From assembly GCA_013203315.1 (NCBI GenBank), contig JABMQJ010000012.1:6402-70401 (forward strand): a stretch of 64,000 nt of DNA, written 5' to 3'. This DNA comes from Candidatus Omnitrophota bacterium (GTDB lineage Bacteria > Omnitrophota > Gorgyraeia > JABMRN01 > RBG-13-46-9). Every line of letters begins with the position of its first letter. Position 1 is the stretch's first letter. The notes beneath the pieces are model-generated. The model saw only the letters and a program-made list of their open reading frames with translations. It was not told the DNA's origin and did not search any database. Shown piece by piece: positions 30,331 through 39,376 of this stretch. The translations under genes and the position numbers were made by a program.

Positions 30331-30714
30331 ATGAATAAGAAGAAAATCCTGATAATAGACGATGAAGTGGACCTGGTTGATTTAGTCAAGATGAGGCTTG
30401 AGGTGGCGAACTATTATGTGTTACCGCTTTATACGAGTACGCGCAGCCTCGAGATAGCGAAAAGAGAAAAACCCGACCTGGTTCTTCTGGATGTAATGAT
30501 GCCGGATAAAAACGGGTATGAGGTCTGCAAGGAGCTAAAAGCCGACGAGGCAACGCGCCATATCCCCGTAATTATATTTACCGCAAAACCTGAACAGAAA
30601 GAACGCATTAAAAAAGACGCTGAATTGGCCGGAGCCGATGACTACATCTTGAAACCTTTTGACCCGGCGGATTTAACTAAAAAGATCGAAAAACTCCTAA
30701 AAAAGGGGGTGTAA
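30331..30714 (+). CDS. CheY-like single-domain response regulator (2 of 4)
   Basis: ILIIDDEVDLV, LLDVMMPDKNGYEV, IPVIIFTAK, GADDYILKPF. 127 aa. Confidence 0.85.
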   Translation: MNKKKILIIDDEVDLVDLVKMRLEVANYYVLPLYTSTRSLEIAKREKPDLVLLDVMMPDKNGYEVCKELKADEATRHIPVIIFTAKPEQKERIKKDAELAGADDYILKPFDPADLTKKIEKLLKKGV

Positions 30715-30715
30715 A

Positions 30716-31093
30716 ATGAGTAAGAAAAGAATATTAGTCATTGATGATGAGTTGGAATTAGTGGCCATGCTAAAAATCAGGCTGGAAGCAAATAACTACG
30801 AGGTTGTTACAGCAGGTGACGGCGAAGAGGGTATGGAAAAGGCTAAAACCGAAAAGCCGGACTTAATCATTCTGGACATCATGATGCCTAAAAAAGACGG
30901 CTACACATTTATTAAGGAAATGAGAACCGAGCAAGGTATAAAAAGTACGCCTGTTATCATACTTACCGCTAAGGCGAAAATGCAGGATTTGTTTGCAATC
31001 GAAGGCGCGAAAGATTACATTGTAAAGCCTTTCGAAGCTACGGAACTCCTGGAGAAGATAGCAAGATATTTTAAGAATACAGGAAGCGAGTAA
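30716..31093 (+). CDS. CheY-like single-domain response regulator (3 of 4)
   Basis: ILVIDDELELV, ILDIMMPKKDGY, PVIILTAK, KDYIVKPF. 125 aa. Start 2 nt after the upstream stop. Confidence 0.85.
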   Translation: MSKKRILVIDDELELVAMLKIRLEANNYEVVTAGDGEEGMEKAKTEKPDLIILDIMMPKKDGYTFIKEMRTEQGIKSTPVIILTAKAKMQDLFAIEGAKDYIVKPFEATELLEKIARYFKNTGSE

Positions 31094-31104
31094 AGAACCG
31101 GAGG

Positions 31105-31485
31105 GTGAAAATGCCTGATAAAAAGAGGATCTTAATAGTCGACGACGAAATGCAATTGGTGGAAATGGTAAAGATACGCCTCGAGGCTAACGGCTACGAA
31201 ACTTTAGCAGCTTATGACGGCCAGACAGGGCTGAATATGGCAAAAAAAGAAAAACCCGATTTAATCATATTGGATTTGATGATGCCCAAAATGGACGGAT
31301 ATAAAGTTTGTGCCCTTTTGAAAAGAGATTCCAGATACTCAAAAATTCCCGTACTGATATTTACGGCAAAGGCGCAGGAAGAAGACGCAAAAATGAGCGA
31401 AGAAGCCGGTGCTGACGCATACCTTGTCAAACCCTTTGAACCGGAGGCACTACTAGGCAAAATAAGCGGATTATTGAAGGAGTGA
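31105..31485 (+). CDS. CheY-like single-domain response regulator (4 of 4)
   Basis: ILIVDDEMQLV, ILDLMMPKMDGY, PVLIFTAK, ADAYLVKPF. 126 aa. Stop overlaps the start region of pilB. Confidence 0.85.
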   Translation: MKMPDKKRILIVDDEMQLVEMVKIRLEANGYETLAAYDGQTGLNMAKKEKPDLIILDLMMPKMDGYKVCALLKRDSRYSKIPVLIFTAKAQEEDAKMSEEAGADAYLVKPFEPEALLGKISGLLKE

Positions 31486-31487
31486 AC

Positions 31488-33182
31488 ATGGCAAAAAAGC
31501 AGAAAAAGTCCCTCGGTGAGAGCCTCGTGGACGAAGGTATCATAACTCAGGATCAGCTGAAACAGGCGCAGGCAGAAGAGAAGCGCGTGGGTCAGCGTTT
31601 ACGTAAAGTGCTTGTTAAGATGGGGTTGATTGACGAAGGGGATCTCGTATCTTTTTTAAGCGACAAGTTGGGTGTGCCCAGGATAGAGCTTGGTAATTAT
31701 TTGATTGACGCGAAGATAATTGATTTGGTGCCCGAGGCGCTGGCCAGAAAACACGAACTTATTCCTGTATTTAAAATTGGGGATCGCCTTACGTGCGCGA
31801 TGCTTGATCCATGGAACATATTTGCGCTTGATGAGGTAAGAATGAAAACGCATTTAACGGTTGAGCCTGCTGTGGCGACAGAAGGCGAGATAAAGAAGGC
31901 CCTTAATCAATATTACAGCGCAAGGGGCAACATGGAAGACCTTATAAAAACTTTAGACCAAAAAGACCTGGGATTAGGAGAGGGTAAAGAAATCGACGCT
32001 AAAAAGCTACAGGGAATAGTGGAGGAGCCCATAGTAATAAGGCTTGTTAACATGATTATTTCAAAGGCCGTGCAGGAAAGGGCCAGTGACATTCACATTG
32101 AACCGGAAGAGAGCGTTCTTAAAACGCGATACAGGGTAGACGGCATGCTGCATGAAGCGCCGTCTCCGCCCAAGCACCTTCAATCTGCGGTGATATCGAG
32201 AATTAAAATAATGGCGGATCTCGATATTGCTGAAAGAAGGAAACCGCAGGATGGGCGTTTCAGCATTAAAATGGAAGGTAAACAGATAGATGTTCGCGTA
32301 TCCTGTATCCCCACCATATACGGAGAAAACGTTGTTTTGCGGCTTCTGGATACTTCGAGCACGCTTATTAGCTTGAAAGACATGGGATTCTCTAAAGAAG
32401 TGCTGGAAAAATACGAGAAGCTTGTCACGAGGCCGCATGGAATAATTCTTGTTACCGGGCCTACCGGAAGCGGAAAAACTACGACACTCTACGCCTCGCT
32501 CGATAAAATAAACACGGTGGAGAAAAATATCATAACAATTGAGGACCCGGTTGAATACAAGCTCGAAGGGATAAGGCAGACCCAGGTAAACCCCAAGGTT
32601 GACCTTACGTTTGCCAACGGACTCCGCTCTATACTGCGGCAAGATCCGGACATAATAATGGTAGGTGAAATGAGGGACTTCGAGACAGCTGAGATTGCAA
32701 TTCAGGCGGCGTTAACGGGCCACCTTGTTTTCTCAACGCTTCACACCAATGACGCCCCGGGCGCGGTGACACGAATGATCGATATGCGAGTCGAGACATT
32801 TCTTGTATCGTCTTCGGTAATTGGCGTGTTGGCCCAGAGGCTTGTAAGAACAATATGCCTTGCGTGCAAGGAAAAATATCAGCCGACAAAAGAAGAGTTG
32901 AAAGATATAGGGCTCACGGGTGATGAGAAAATAGATTTCTATAGAGGCAAGGGTTGCGATAAATGCATGAAAACAGGCTACAAGGGTAGAATCGGTATTT
33001 TTGAACTTATGATGGTGGATGACGAGATAAAGAACTTAATCATTGCGAAAACAACAGCCGAGGAGATTAGGAAAAATGCCCTTTCAAAAGGAATGATATC
33101 ATTGCAGGACGACGGAATCGAGAAAATAAAACAAGGACGTACAACAGTAGAGGAAGTTCTGCGCGTAACCCAGGAGGAATAA
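31488..33182 (+). CDS. pilB: Type IV pilus assembly ATPase (PilB/GspE family) with N-terminal T2SSE_N domain
   Basis: ATG at 31488 after a GAAGGA SD. Walker A GPTGSGKTTT, Asp/His boxes, tetracysteine CLAC...CDKC. N-terminal ~150 aa is a GSPII_E_N-like domain. Confidence 0.9.
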   Translation: MAKKQKKSLGESLVDEGIITQDQLKQAQAEEKRVGQRLRKVLVKMGLIDEGDLVSFLSDKLGVPRIELGNYLIDAKIIDLVPEALARKHELIPVFKIGDRLTCAMLDPWNIFALDEVRMKTHLTVEPAVATEGEIKKALNQYYSARGNMEDLIKTLDQKDLGLGEGKEIDAKKLQGIVEEPIVIRLVNMIISKAVQERASDIHIEPEESVLKTRYRVDGMLHEAPSPPKHLQSAVISRIKIMADLDIAERRKPQDGRFSIKMEGKQIDVRVSCIPTIYGENVVLRLLDTSSTLISLKDMGFSKEVLEKYEKLVTRPHGIILVTGPTGSGKTTTLYASLDKINTVEKNIITIEDPVEYKLEGIRQTQVNPKVDLTFANGLRSILRQDPDIIMVGEMRDFETAEIAIQAALTGHLVFSTLHTNDAPGAVTRMIDMRVETFLVSSSVIGVLAQRLVRTICLACKEKYQPTKEELKDIGLTGDEKIDFYRGKGCDKCMKTGYKGRIGIFELMMVDDEIKNLIIAKTTAEEIRKNALSKGMISLQDDGIEKIKQGRTTVEEVLRVTQEE

Positions 33183-34402
33183 TGCCTATATATACGTACA
33201 AAGCCCGAGACACGATGGGCAAATCAGTGCGAGGCAAGATGGAGGTTGATACCAAAGCCGAACTTATCGATAGGCTGCACAAAATGGGCTATATGACGAC
33301 GCAGGTGACAGAGGCCCGTTCCACCGGTGACCTTAACATCGAAACCCTACTCGACAAGATAAGACCCGTAGGCACTGAGCACATGCTCATGTTTTATGTT
33401 CAGCTTTCAAATATGATCAGCGCCGGTATACCTATTTTAACCTGTTTAGATACGCTCAGTAATCAGATTGAAAATAAGAAATTGAAAGACGCTGTTGGTA
33501 GTATTGCCAGAAGCGTCGGCGGAGGGGAAAGCCTTTCAAAGGCATTCAGGGACCAGCCCCGGGTATTCCCGCAACTCTTTTCCAATATGGTAAAAGCCGG
33601 AGAAGTCAGCGGAAAACTGGATACAGTATCGGTAAAATTTGCCGAATATTTCGAACACCAGGAAGACCTGCGCCAAAAAATAAGGAGCGCGCTTTTCTAC
33701 CCCATGATACTTTTGGTGGCAGGCGTAGCCGTTATGCTTTTTATAGTAACCTTTATCATACCGCTGTTTGCCCAGATTTTTGCAAAAAGCGGCATAGCCT
33801 TACCGGCCCCGACACTCCTGCTTTTAAAAATTGGCCTTTCAATTAAGCATTTCTGGTATTTAGGCATTCTGGCTTTCGTCGGATGTTTTTTAGTGGTTAA
33901 ATTTTACATAAATACTGAAATTGGACGGCTTAATTTCGATAAACTAAAATTGAAAATACCCATAATCGGATCGTTGCATCGCAGGGCAGCGCTCGCCAGC
34001 TTTACAAGGACCCTGGGGACCCTTACAGATAGCGGGGTTCCTATTCTCGAATCCCTGGATATCACAAAGTCAGTAATGGGAAACGAGGTGCTGTCCCGTG
34101 TTATTGCCAACGCGCGTAGCGCGGTTGAAAAAGGGGAGAAATTATCCGGGCCGCTTAAGATAAGCGAAGAGTTTCCGCCTGATGCTGTCCAGATGATTTC
34201 AGTAGGAGAGGAAACAGGTAATCTGGATACAATGCTGAATAAGGTCGCGGATTTTTATGACATGTCAGTGGGGTACTCCATAAAAAAACTGACAACCGTG
34301 ATTGAGCCCCTGTTTTTAGTTATCATGGGTAGCCTTATAGGATTTATCATGATCTCCATACTTTTGCCGATGTTTGACATGATAAAGGTTATTAAGCATT
34401 AG
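33182..34402 (+). CDS. pilC: Type IV pilus inner-membrane platform protein (PilC/GspF family)
   Basis: 406 aa. Two GspF repeats with 3 TM. Start overlaps the pilB stop (ATGA-type). Confidence 0.9.
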   Translation: MPIYTYKARDTMGKSVRGKMEVDTKAELIDRLHKMGYMTTQVTEARSTGDLNIETLLDKIRPVGTEHMLMFYVQLSNMISAGIPILTCLDTLSNQIENKKLKDAVGSIARSVGGGESLSKAFRDQPRVFPQLFSNMVKAGEVSGKLDTVSVKFAEYFEHQEDLRQKIRSALFYPMILLVAGVAVMLFIVTFIIPLFAQIFAKSGIALPAPTLLLLKIGLSIKHFWYLGILAFVGCFLVVKFYINTEIGRLNFDKLKLKIPIIGSLHRRAALASFTRTLGTLTDSGVPILESLDITKSVMGNEVLSRVIANARSAVEKGEKLSGPLKISEEFPPDAVQMISVGEETGNLDTMLNKVADFYDMSVGYSIKKLTTVIEPLFLVIMGSLIGFIMISILLPMFDMIKVIKH

Positions 34403-34411
34403 AAAGAGGGG

Positions 34412-34630
34412 GTGGCGAAAATGGAAGTATTTCTAGGTATTGCTTCAATATTTTTTCTTATTTTTGGCGCGATGCTTTTGCTTTCACCGAATATCGTTGA
34501 ACGAATTTCCAAAGCGACAAATAAGGTGCTTTTTAATCTGGATGACAAAATACAGTCTACGAGAAGACCCCTGGGAATTCTGCTATTGGCAATATCGATT
34601 TTTTTATGGTATACTGCGCTACATAAGTAA
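34412..34630 (+). CDS. Small 2-TM membrane protein (72 aa) between pilC and the major pilin
   Basis: Strong SD AGAGGGGG immediately upstream. Two hydrophobic helices (FLGIASIFFLIFGAMLLL, LGILLLAISIFLWY). Function unknown. Confidence 0.4.
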   Translation: MAKMEVFLGIASIFFLIFGAMLLLSPNIVERISKATNKVLFNLDDKIQSTRRPLGILLLAISIFLWYTALHK

Positions 34631-34645
34631 AAAAGGAGGCCAGGG

Positions 34646-35104
34646 ATGATGAAGAAGAAAGGTTTTACACTGATTGAGCTTTTAATTGTGATAGCGGTTA
34701 TTTCTATCCTGATTGGTATCGCGCTTCCGCGTTTCAGGGGCATGCAGGAAGAGGGTTTGGTTGCGCAGGCCAAGGGAGAGTTAAGGACGCTCCAAACAGC
34801 CATAGAAAGTTACTATATCCACAATAGCAGCGCCTATCCGACAGATAGTGCTACCTGGCAATCAGATACAGATAGCCTTACCACTGCTACCCCGCTAATA
34901 GTAGGTACGGCTTTAATTGATCCGTTTTCCAGTGCAGGGGCGCAATATCAGCTGGTGTATGATACAAATACGGCTTATTATGCTATGTATTCAGTGGGTC
35001 CGGGCGGCACCGGGAGCGTTACCGCAGTTAGCACTGCCGGCGGTGTTACTGATACACCCAACTGCATTTATGTTTCGAACGGAGAAAGAGACACGACGCC
35101 ATAA
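34646..35104 (+). CDS. Type IV pilin, candidate major pilin (class III signal peptide, N-methylation motif)
   Basis: MMKKKG|FTLIELLIVIAVISILIGIALP with Glu at +5. 152 aa. Confidence 0.8.
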   Translation: MMKKKGFTLIELLIVIAVISILIGIALPRFRGMQEEGLVAQAKGELRTLQTAIESYYIHNSSAYPTDSATWQSDTDSLTTATPLIVGTALIDPFSSAGAQYQLVYDTNTAYYAMYSVGPGGTGSVTAVSTAGGVTDTPNCIYVSNGERDTTP

Positions 35105-35121
35105 TTTAAAGAGGGTACTTG

Positions 35122-35477
35122 TGAAAAATAATGGCTTTACCTTGCTGGAAATCCTTATGGCTATCGTACTTTTTACGGGAAGCGTTAGCCTTATTGTGAT
35201 GCTTTTCGCGAACGCTTTGGTTGCCAGCACTGATGCTGAAAATACGACAATCGCCATGAACTTAGCGCAAGGAAAAATGGAAGAGGTACGAAACCTTTCC
35301 TTCGCCAGCATTGCAGATGAAGCCAAGGCCGCCGTAACCGGTTTTACCGGATTTCAGAGAGAGGTTGCGGTGACAACGTCCGAAACAGACCTAAAGCAGG
35401 TAACGGTTACAACATACTGGACATATAAAGGCGGTGAAGTAGAAGTGCCGCTCGTAACCTATATTAGCAAAAATTAA
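35122..35477 (+). CDS. Minor (pseudo)pilin with prepilin-type N-terminus
   Basis: GTG start after an AGAGGG SD. VKNNG|FTLLEILMAIVLF, E at +5. 118 aa. The ORF-track 186-aa version (34917..) overlaps the pilin gene in another frame and was not used. Confidence 0.7.
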
Positions 35478-35478
35478 A

Positions 35479-35997
35479 ATGAAAAAGGGAATCACGTTAA
35501 TCGAGCTTATTATTAGCGTAACTCTTTTTTTAATACTTGGTAGCGTTGTTCTTTGGGTTTTTGTAGTGGGTTTAAGATCTTGGGATTCGGGTCTGAATAG
35601 GGCTAACATACGCCAGAGTGTCAATGTAGCGCTTGAGAGGATGACGCGGGAGCTCGGCCAGGCAAGCGAGGTTACTCAAGCCAAAGCCGGTAACATTACG
35701 TTTCAGGCAGATTTAGACGAGAATGGCACCGTGGAAACCATAACGTTTGATGTTACAAATGCCGATAACCTGGAGCGCACCGAGAGTGGCCGAGACATTC
35801 TTATGGTTAGCAATGTGCAAGACTTTACACTGGGTTATTATCTGGAATCGGGCAATGACACTCTTTTAAGCTCTGTTAATTCTCCTGCTAACCGGGATAC
35901 TATACGGGTTGTTGTTATATCAATTACCGTAAGCGAAGGTGACGAAACGCTTACATTTAGCACAAGCGCTTATACACGAAATCAGTCAAATGATTAA
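35479..35997 (+). CDS. Minor (pseudo)pilin with prepilin-type N-terminus
   Basis: MKKG|ITLIELIISVTLFLILGSVV, E at +5. 172 aa. Confidence 0.75.
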   Translation: MKKGITLIELIISVTLFLILGSVVLWVFVVGLRSWDSGLNRANIRQSVNVALERMTRELGQASEVTQAKAGNITFQADLDENGTVETITFDVTNADNLERTESGRDILMVSNVQDFTLGYYLESGNDTLLSSVNSPANRDTIRVVVISITVSEGDETLTFSTSAYTRNQSND

Positions 35998-36790
35998 AAG
36001 AGAAAAAGGCGCGATTTTAATAATGGTTTTTGTTGTTATGGTTGCTCTAAGCGGTGTGGCATTTGCTTTTTTGACAATGATTAGCCAGGAGACAAAGAGT
36101 GCGGGAACGGGACTCCTAAATATGCAAGCATTTTATATAGCGGAAGCAGGCCGCGCAAAGGCGAGGTGGGCACTTACTACAGACGGGCAAACTGCCGGTG
36201 TCTGGGGTGAATCCGATACTTCCCTGGGAGAGGGGACGTATAACGTTACTACTGTTGATAATGGTGATGGTACAATCACTATTACATCAGATGGGTATAT
36301 CCCCGATGACACCAGTCCACTCATAATGAGAAGGGTTTTAGAGAAAGATATAACTACGGTTTCCGGTTCATCTAATAATCTTGCTTTAGACGCCATAGCC
36401 TCGGATTCATCTACATTTGGCGGTAATGTTGCCGCAAATGCCAACGACGACAATAGTTCTACGAGATGGCGCTCAGGTGTTAATGGCAATTCGCAGCTTC
36501 AATTAGATTTTGGAAGCGCAACAGAATTCGATAAGGTTGTGTTTGACGAAAGGCAATTTAGTTCATATGCAGTGCAATATTCAAGTAATGCTAGCACGTG
36601 GAATTCGGTGACTGGTGCGACTACAACAGTAGCCGGAAATGTGACTACGGTTACTTTTGATGGGGTTACAGTCAGATATGTGAGACTTGACATTAATGGT
36701 AATAGACCGTCGGTATATGAATTTGAAACATATCTAACAACTGCAACAGGCATCGGGCTCGAAAGAGGCGAATTCGCTACTTCCTGGTAG
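35990..36790 (+). CDS. PilX-like minor pilin fused to a C-terminal F5/8 type C (discoidin/CBM32-like) carbohydrate-binding domain
   Basis: ATG 35990 (ATGATTAA overlap with the upstream stop). N-terminus MIKREKG|AILIMVFVVMVALSGVAFAFL lacks E+5, typical of PilX/minor pilins. Residues ~130-265 (ASDSSTFGGNVAANANDDNSSTRWRS...QLQLDFGSATEFDKVVFDE...YAVQYSSNASTWNSV...VRYVRLDINGN...YEFETY) match the discoidin/CBM32 pattern (N-x-T-R-W, LDLG, RYVRL, aromatic-E-aromatic-E). Confidence 0.7.
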   Translation: MIKREKGAILIMVFVVMVALSGVAFAFLTMISQETKSAGTGLLNMQAFYIAEAGRAKARWALTTDGQTAGVWGESDTSLGEGTYNVTTVDNGDGTITITSDGYIPDDTSPLIMRRVLEKDITTVSGSSNNLALDAIASDSSTFGGNVAANANDDNSSTRWRSGVNGNSQLQLDFGSATEFDKVVFDERQFSSYAVQYSSNASTWNSVTGATTTVAGNVTTVTFDGVTVRYVRLDINGNRPSVYEFETYLTTATGIGLERGEFATSW

Positions 36791-36791
36791 C

Positions 36792-38396
36792 ATGAAGGGT
36801 ATAATGGGATTTATTGCATTTTTTAAAAAAGATTACATAGTTGGAATAGACATAGGAACCTCGTCTGTAAAAATCGCGCAATTTAAAGAAACGGAATACG
36901 GGTTAAATCTTGTCAGGGCAGAGTTGCGGGAGTTTAAGCCAACCGTTGACAAGGCCATTTACGAAAAAGAAGTTTTATCCGCGCTCAAGGCCTTATTTAA
37001 AGGTATAGACACCAAAAAATCTCAAATCATCGCACATATAAATTGCCCCATGACAACCGTGAAGACTCTTAAGGCGCCCTATATGCCAAAATCAGAATTG
37101 CGCGAAGGCATAAAACTGGAGGTAAAGAATTATTTCCCGTTTCCGATAGATGATTCCCTCTTGGATTTTGAAATACTGGGCGATGTCGTAGAAAAGGGCG
37201 TGAGAAAATATGAAGTAGCGGTAGCGGTCTCACCCGCTATGACAGTTGACAAGTATTTGGCGCTACTTAATAAAGCAGGAATTAAGCCCGCTTCTTTTGT
37301 CCCCTGCCCGTATGCCCTGCAGAAATTAGCAGAACAGTTACCACAAAAGGGAGAAGGCGCTACAACGTGTTTTGTCGATATAGGCGAAATTCATACGGAA
37401 CTTGTAATTTTAAAAGGCAAAACGTTAATGTTCAGCCGCAAAATTCCTGTTGCCGGAAAGGATTTTACAAAAGCCATGACAGGGGTCCTTGTCTCCGATA
37501 GAGGAAAGACCGAACTTAGTATAGATGAGGCGGAAAAAATAAAGCGTGAAACAGGTATTCCGGAAGTCGCCGAAGAGAAAATTATAGATAATAAAATTTC
37601 TACCACGCAGATCTCATCAATGCTTCGGACACCGCTTGAGCAGTTTGTAAGCGAGATGGAAAGGTGTTTTGATTATTACAGAGAAGAAACCGGTGGCGGG
37701 AAAATAGATTCTGTTGTGTTGTTCGGCGCCGGCGCATCTTTGACGGGCTTTATCAAGTTTCTGTCCGAAGAGTTAGGTATAGAGGTTAAGTTGGGAGACC
37801 CTACCGAAGGAATCAGGTGCGAAAAGGATGCGATTCCGGAAAGAGACAAAAATTCTTATAGGCTGGATCTGGCGATAGGCGCAGCTTTGGGCCGGGCCAG
37901 GGGCATAAATCTTCTTCCTCCTGAAATTAAAGAAGCAACAAAAAAGGTTGTTACGCGCGGGACAATTGAAGCAGTTGCTACGGCGGTAATACTCGTATCG
38001 CTACTCCTTTATATAGGAATGAGAATACAAATCGGAAATTTTGATAAAAGAATTTCAGTAGCAAAACTGGAACTAGCTAGCTTACAACCCGCGCTCAAAA
38101 AAGCCGAAGCCCACCACGCGGCAAATATGGTTCTGGTAGATGAGCCGCACTGGGAAGATGTTTTCAGAGAATTGGCTAATCTCATACCGAAAGATACCCA
38201 TCTTACAAATGTTAGCATGAGAGATAGCGTGATTACCATGAAAGGCATTGTAGCCGCCGAGGATGGCGAAAGCCATCTCTCGGAGTTCATGCTTACGCTT
38301 GAACGAGGAATATTTAAGAACGTAAAACTTGTAAAGACAAGAGATTTAAGCGATAAATCAGGTAATGAATTTGAGCTTGAGTGTCAGGTAGATTGA
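36792..38396 (+). CDS. PilM-PilN fusion: actin-like ATPase-fold PilM domain, then a TM helix and PilN-like periplasmic region
   Basis: 534 aa. N-terminal IVGIDIGTSSVKIA (actin/FtsA-like fold) through ~aa 370. Then TM AVATAVILVSLLLYIGMRI and a coiled-coil/periplasmic tail. Confidence 0.8.
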   Translation: MKGIMGFIAFFKKDYIVGIDIGTSSVKIAQFKETEYGLNLVRAELREFKPTVDKAIYEKEVLSALKALFKGIDTKKSQIIAHINCPMTTVKTLKAPYMPKSELREGIKLEVKNYFPFPIDDSLLDFEILGDVVEKGVRKYEVAVAVSPAMTVDKYLALLNKAGIKPASFVPCPYALQKLAEQLPQKGEGATTCFVDIGEIHTELVILKGKTLMFSRKIPVAGKDFTKAMTGVLVSDRGKTELSIDEAEKIKRETGIPEVAEEKIIDNKISTTQISSMLRTPLEQFVSEMERCFDYYREETGGGKIDSVVLFGAGASLTGFIKFLSEELGIEVKLGDPTEGIRCEKDAIPERDKNSYRLDLAIGAALGRARGINLLPPEIKEATKKVVTRGTIEAVATAVILVSLLLYIGMRIQIGNFDKRISVAKLELASLQPALKKAEAHHAANMVLVDEPHWEDVFRELANLIPKDTHLTNVSMRDSVITMKGIVAAEDGESHLSEFMLTLERGIFKNVKLVKTRDLSDKSGNEFELECQVD

Positions 38397-38415
38397 AGTA
38401 GCAACAAGGGGAGAC

Positions 38416-38943
38416 ATGATAAAAATAGGAAATATTGAAATAACGCCGGAAAAAAAGATTATTGCGATAATTACGGCAGTTTTAGTTTTGGCAATAACAA
38501 TATACGTTATTTTCTTCGCTCCGCTTTTTGTAAAACTAAAAATAAAATTTTCCGAATACATGGCAATTGAGCATGAGGTGCGCCAATACAGGAGCATTAT
38601 AGAGTCTGCAGGAAAAGTATATAGCGAGAGAACCCTTCAGAGTGAAGAAGACGTTTCGCGCTCAATAGACGAGCTGGCCAAACACGGAAAAGTAAAAGAT
38701 GTGAAATTTATCTCCATAAATCCTGAAAAAGTCGTAAGGAAAGAAGATACGCAGTATAAGGTATTACCTGTTGAGATGGAACTCGAGTCTACATATGCGG
38801 GCCTCGGAGTATTCCTGGGGTCACTGGATGACCTGGAAAAGACCCTGGTTAAGGTAAAGAGTTTTAACATTTCTCATGATAAAAATGATCCAACGAAATT
38901 TATAACGGATCTTGAAGTAGAAGTATACCTCTCGGAGAAATAA
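38416..38943 (+). CDS. PilO-like pilus assembly protein (single N-terminal TM, periplasmic domain)
   Basis: 175 aa. TM IIAIITAVLVLAITIYVIFFAPLF, coiled-coil, ferredoxin-like C-terminus. Position after pilMN. Confidence 0.6.
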   Translation: MIKIGNIEITPEKKIIAIITAVLVLAITIYVIFFAPLFVKLKIKFSEYMAIEHEVRQYRSIIESAGKVYSERTLQSEEDVSRSIDELAKHGKVKDVKFISINPEKVVRKEDTQYKVLPVEMELESTYAGLGVFLGSLDDLEKTLVKVKSFNISHDKNDPTKFITDLEVEVYLSEK

Positions 38944-38944
38944 C

Positions 38945-39376
38945 ATGAAAAATAAAAAGCTCGTCGTATTAATTATATTGGGAATCGGCGCTATATTAAG
39001 CCTAATTTACGGCATAACCACGCCTTCGCGTGGAAAAAGGAGCGCTGCTACCTCCCGCAAGCCTCAGGAAGCGGTAACCCAGGATAACACGGCGCAACAT
39101 GCAAGCAAAATCGTTCCCACCGCGCGTCGCGCAAAAAAAACAGAGTTTACTACCTGGAAAAGAAATCCGTTTACCCCGACGGGCGTTCCCGGCACATCAT
39201 CTTCCGCGCTTACCCTGGGTGGTATAATGTGGCAGGAGGTAAGCCCTAAGGCCATGGTCAGTAATGAAATCGTTGGAATAGGCGACAAAGTCGGTGGGTA
39301 TAAGGTAATCGACATAAAAAAAGATCGTGTTGTTCTAAGCGATGGCAAAGAAAACCACACCCTCTATCTTAAATAA
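38945..39376 (+). CDS. PilP-like pilus assembly protein
   Basis: 143 aa. N-terminal membrane anchor, low-complexity linker, C-terminal beta-domain motif VGIGDKVGGYKVIDIKKDRVVL typical of PilP/GspC HR domains. Confidence 0.5.
   Translation: MKNKKLVVLIILGIGAILSLIYGITTPSRGKRSAATSRKPQEAVTQDNTAQHASKIVPTARRAKKTEFTTWKRNPFTPTGVPGTSSSALTLGGIMWQEVSPKAMVSNEIVGIGDKVGGYKVIDIKKDRVVLSDGKENHTLYLK

Noticed and set aside
34917-35477. 186-aa ORF-track version of the second pseudopilin
   Set aside because: Its 5' part overlaps the major pilin gene in another frame. The prepilin-type N-terminus begins at the GTG at 35122 with an AGAGGG SD, so the shorter gene was called.
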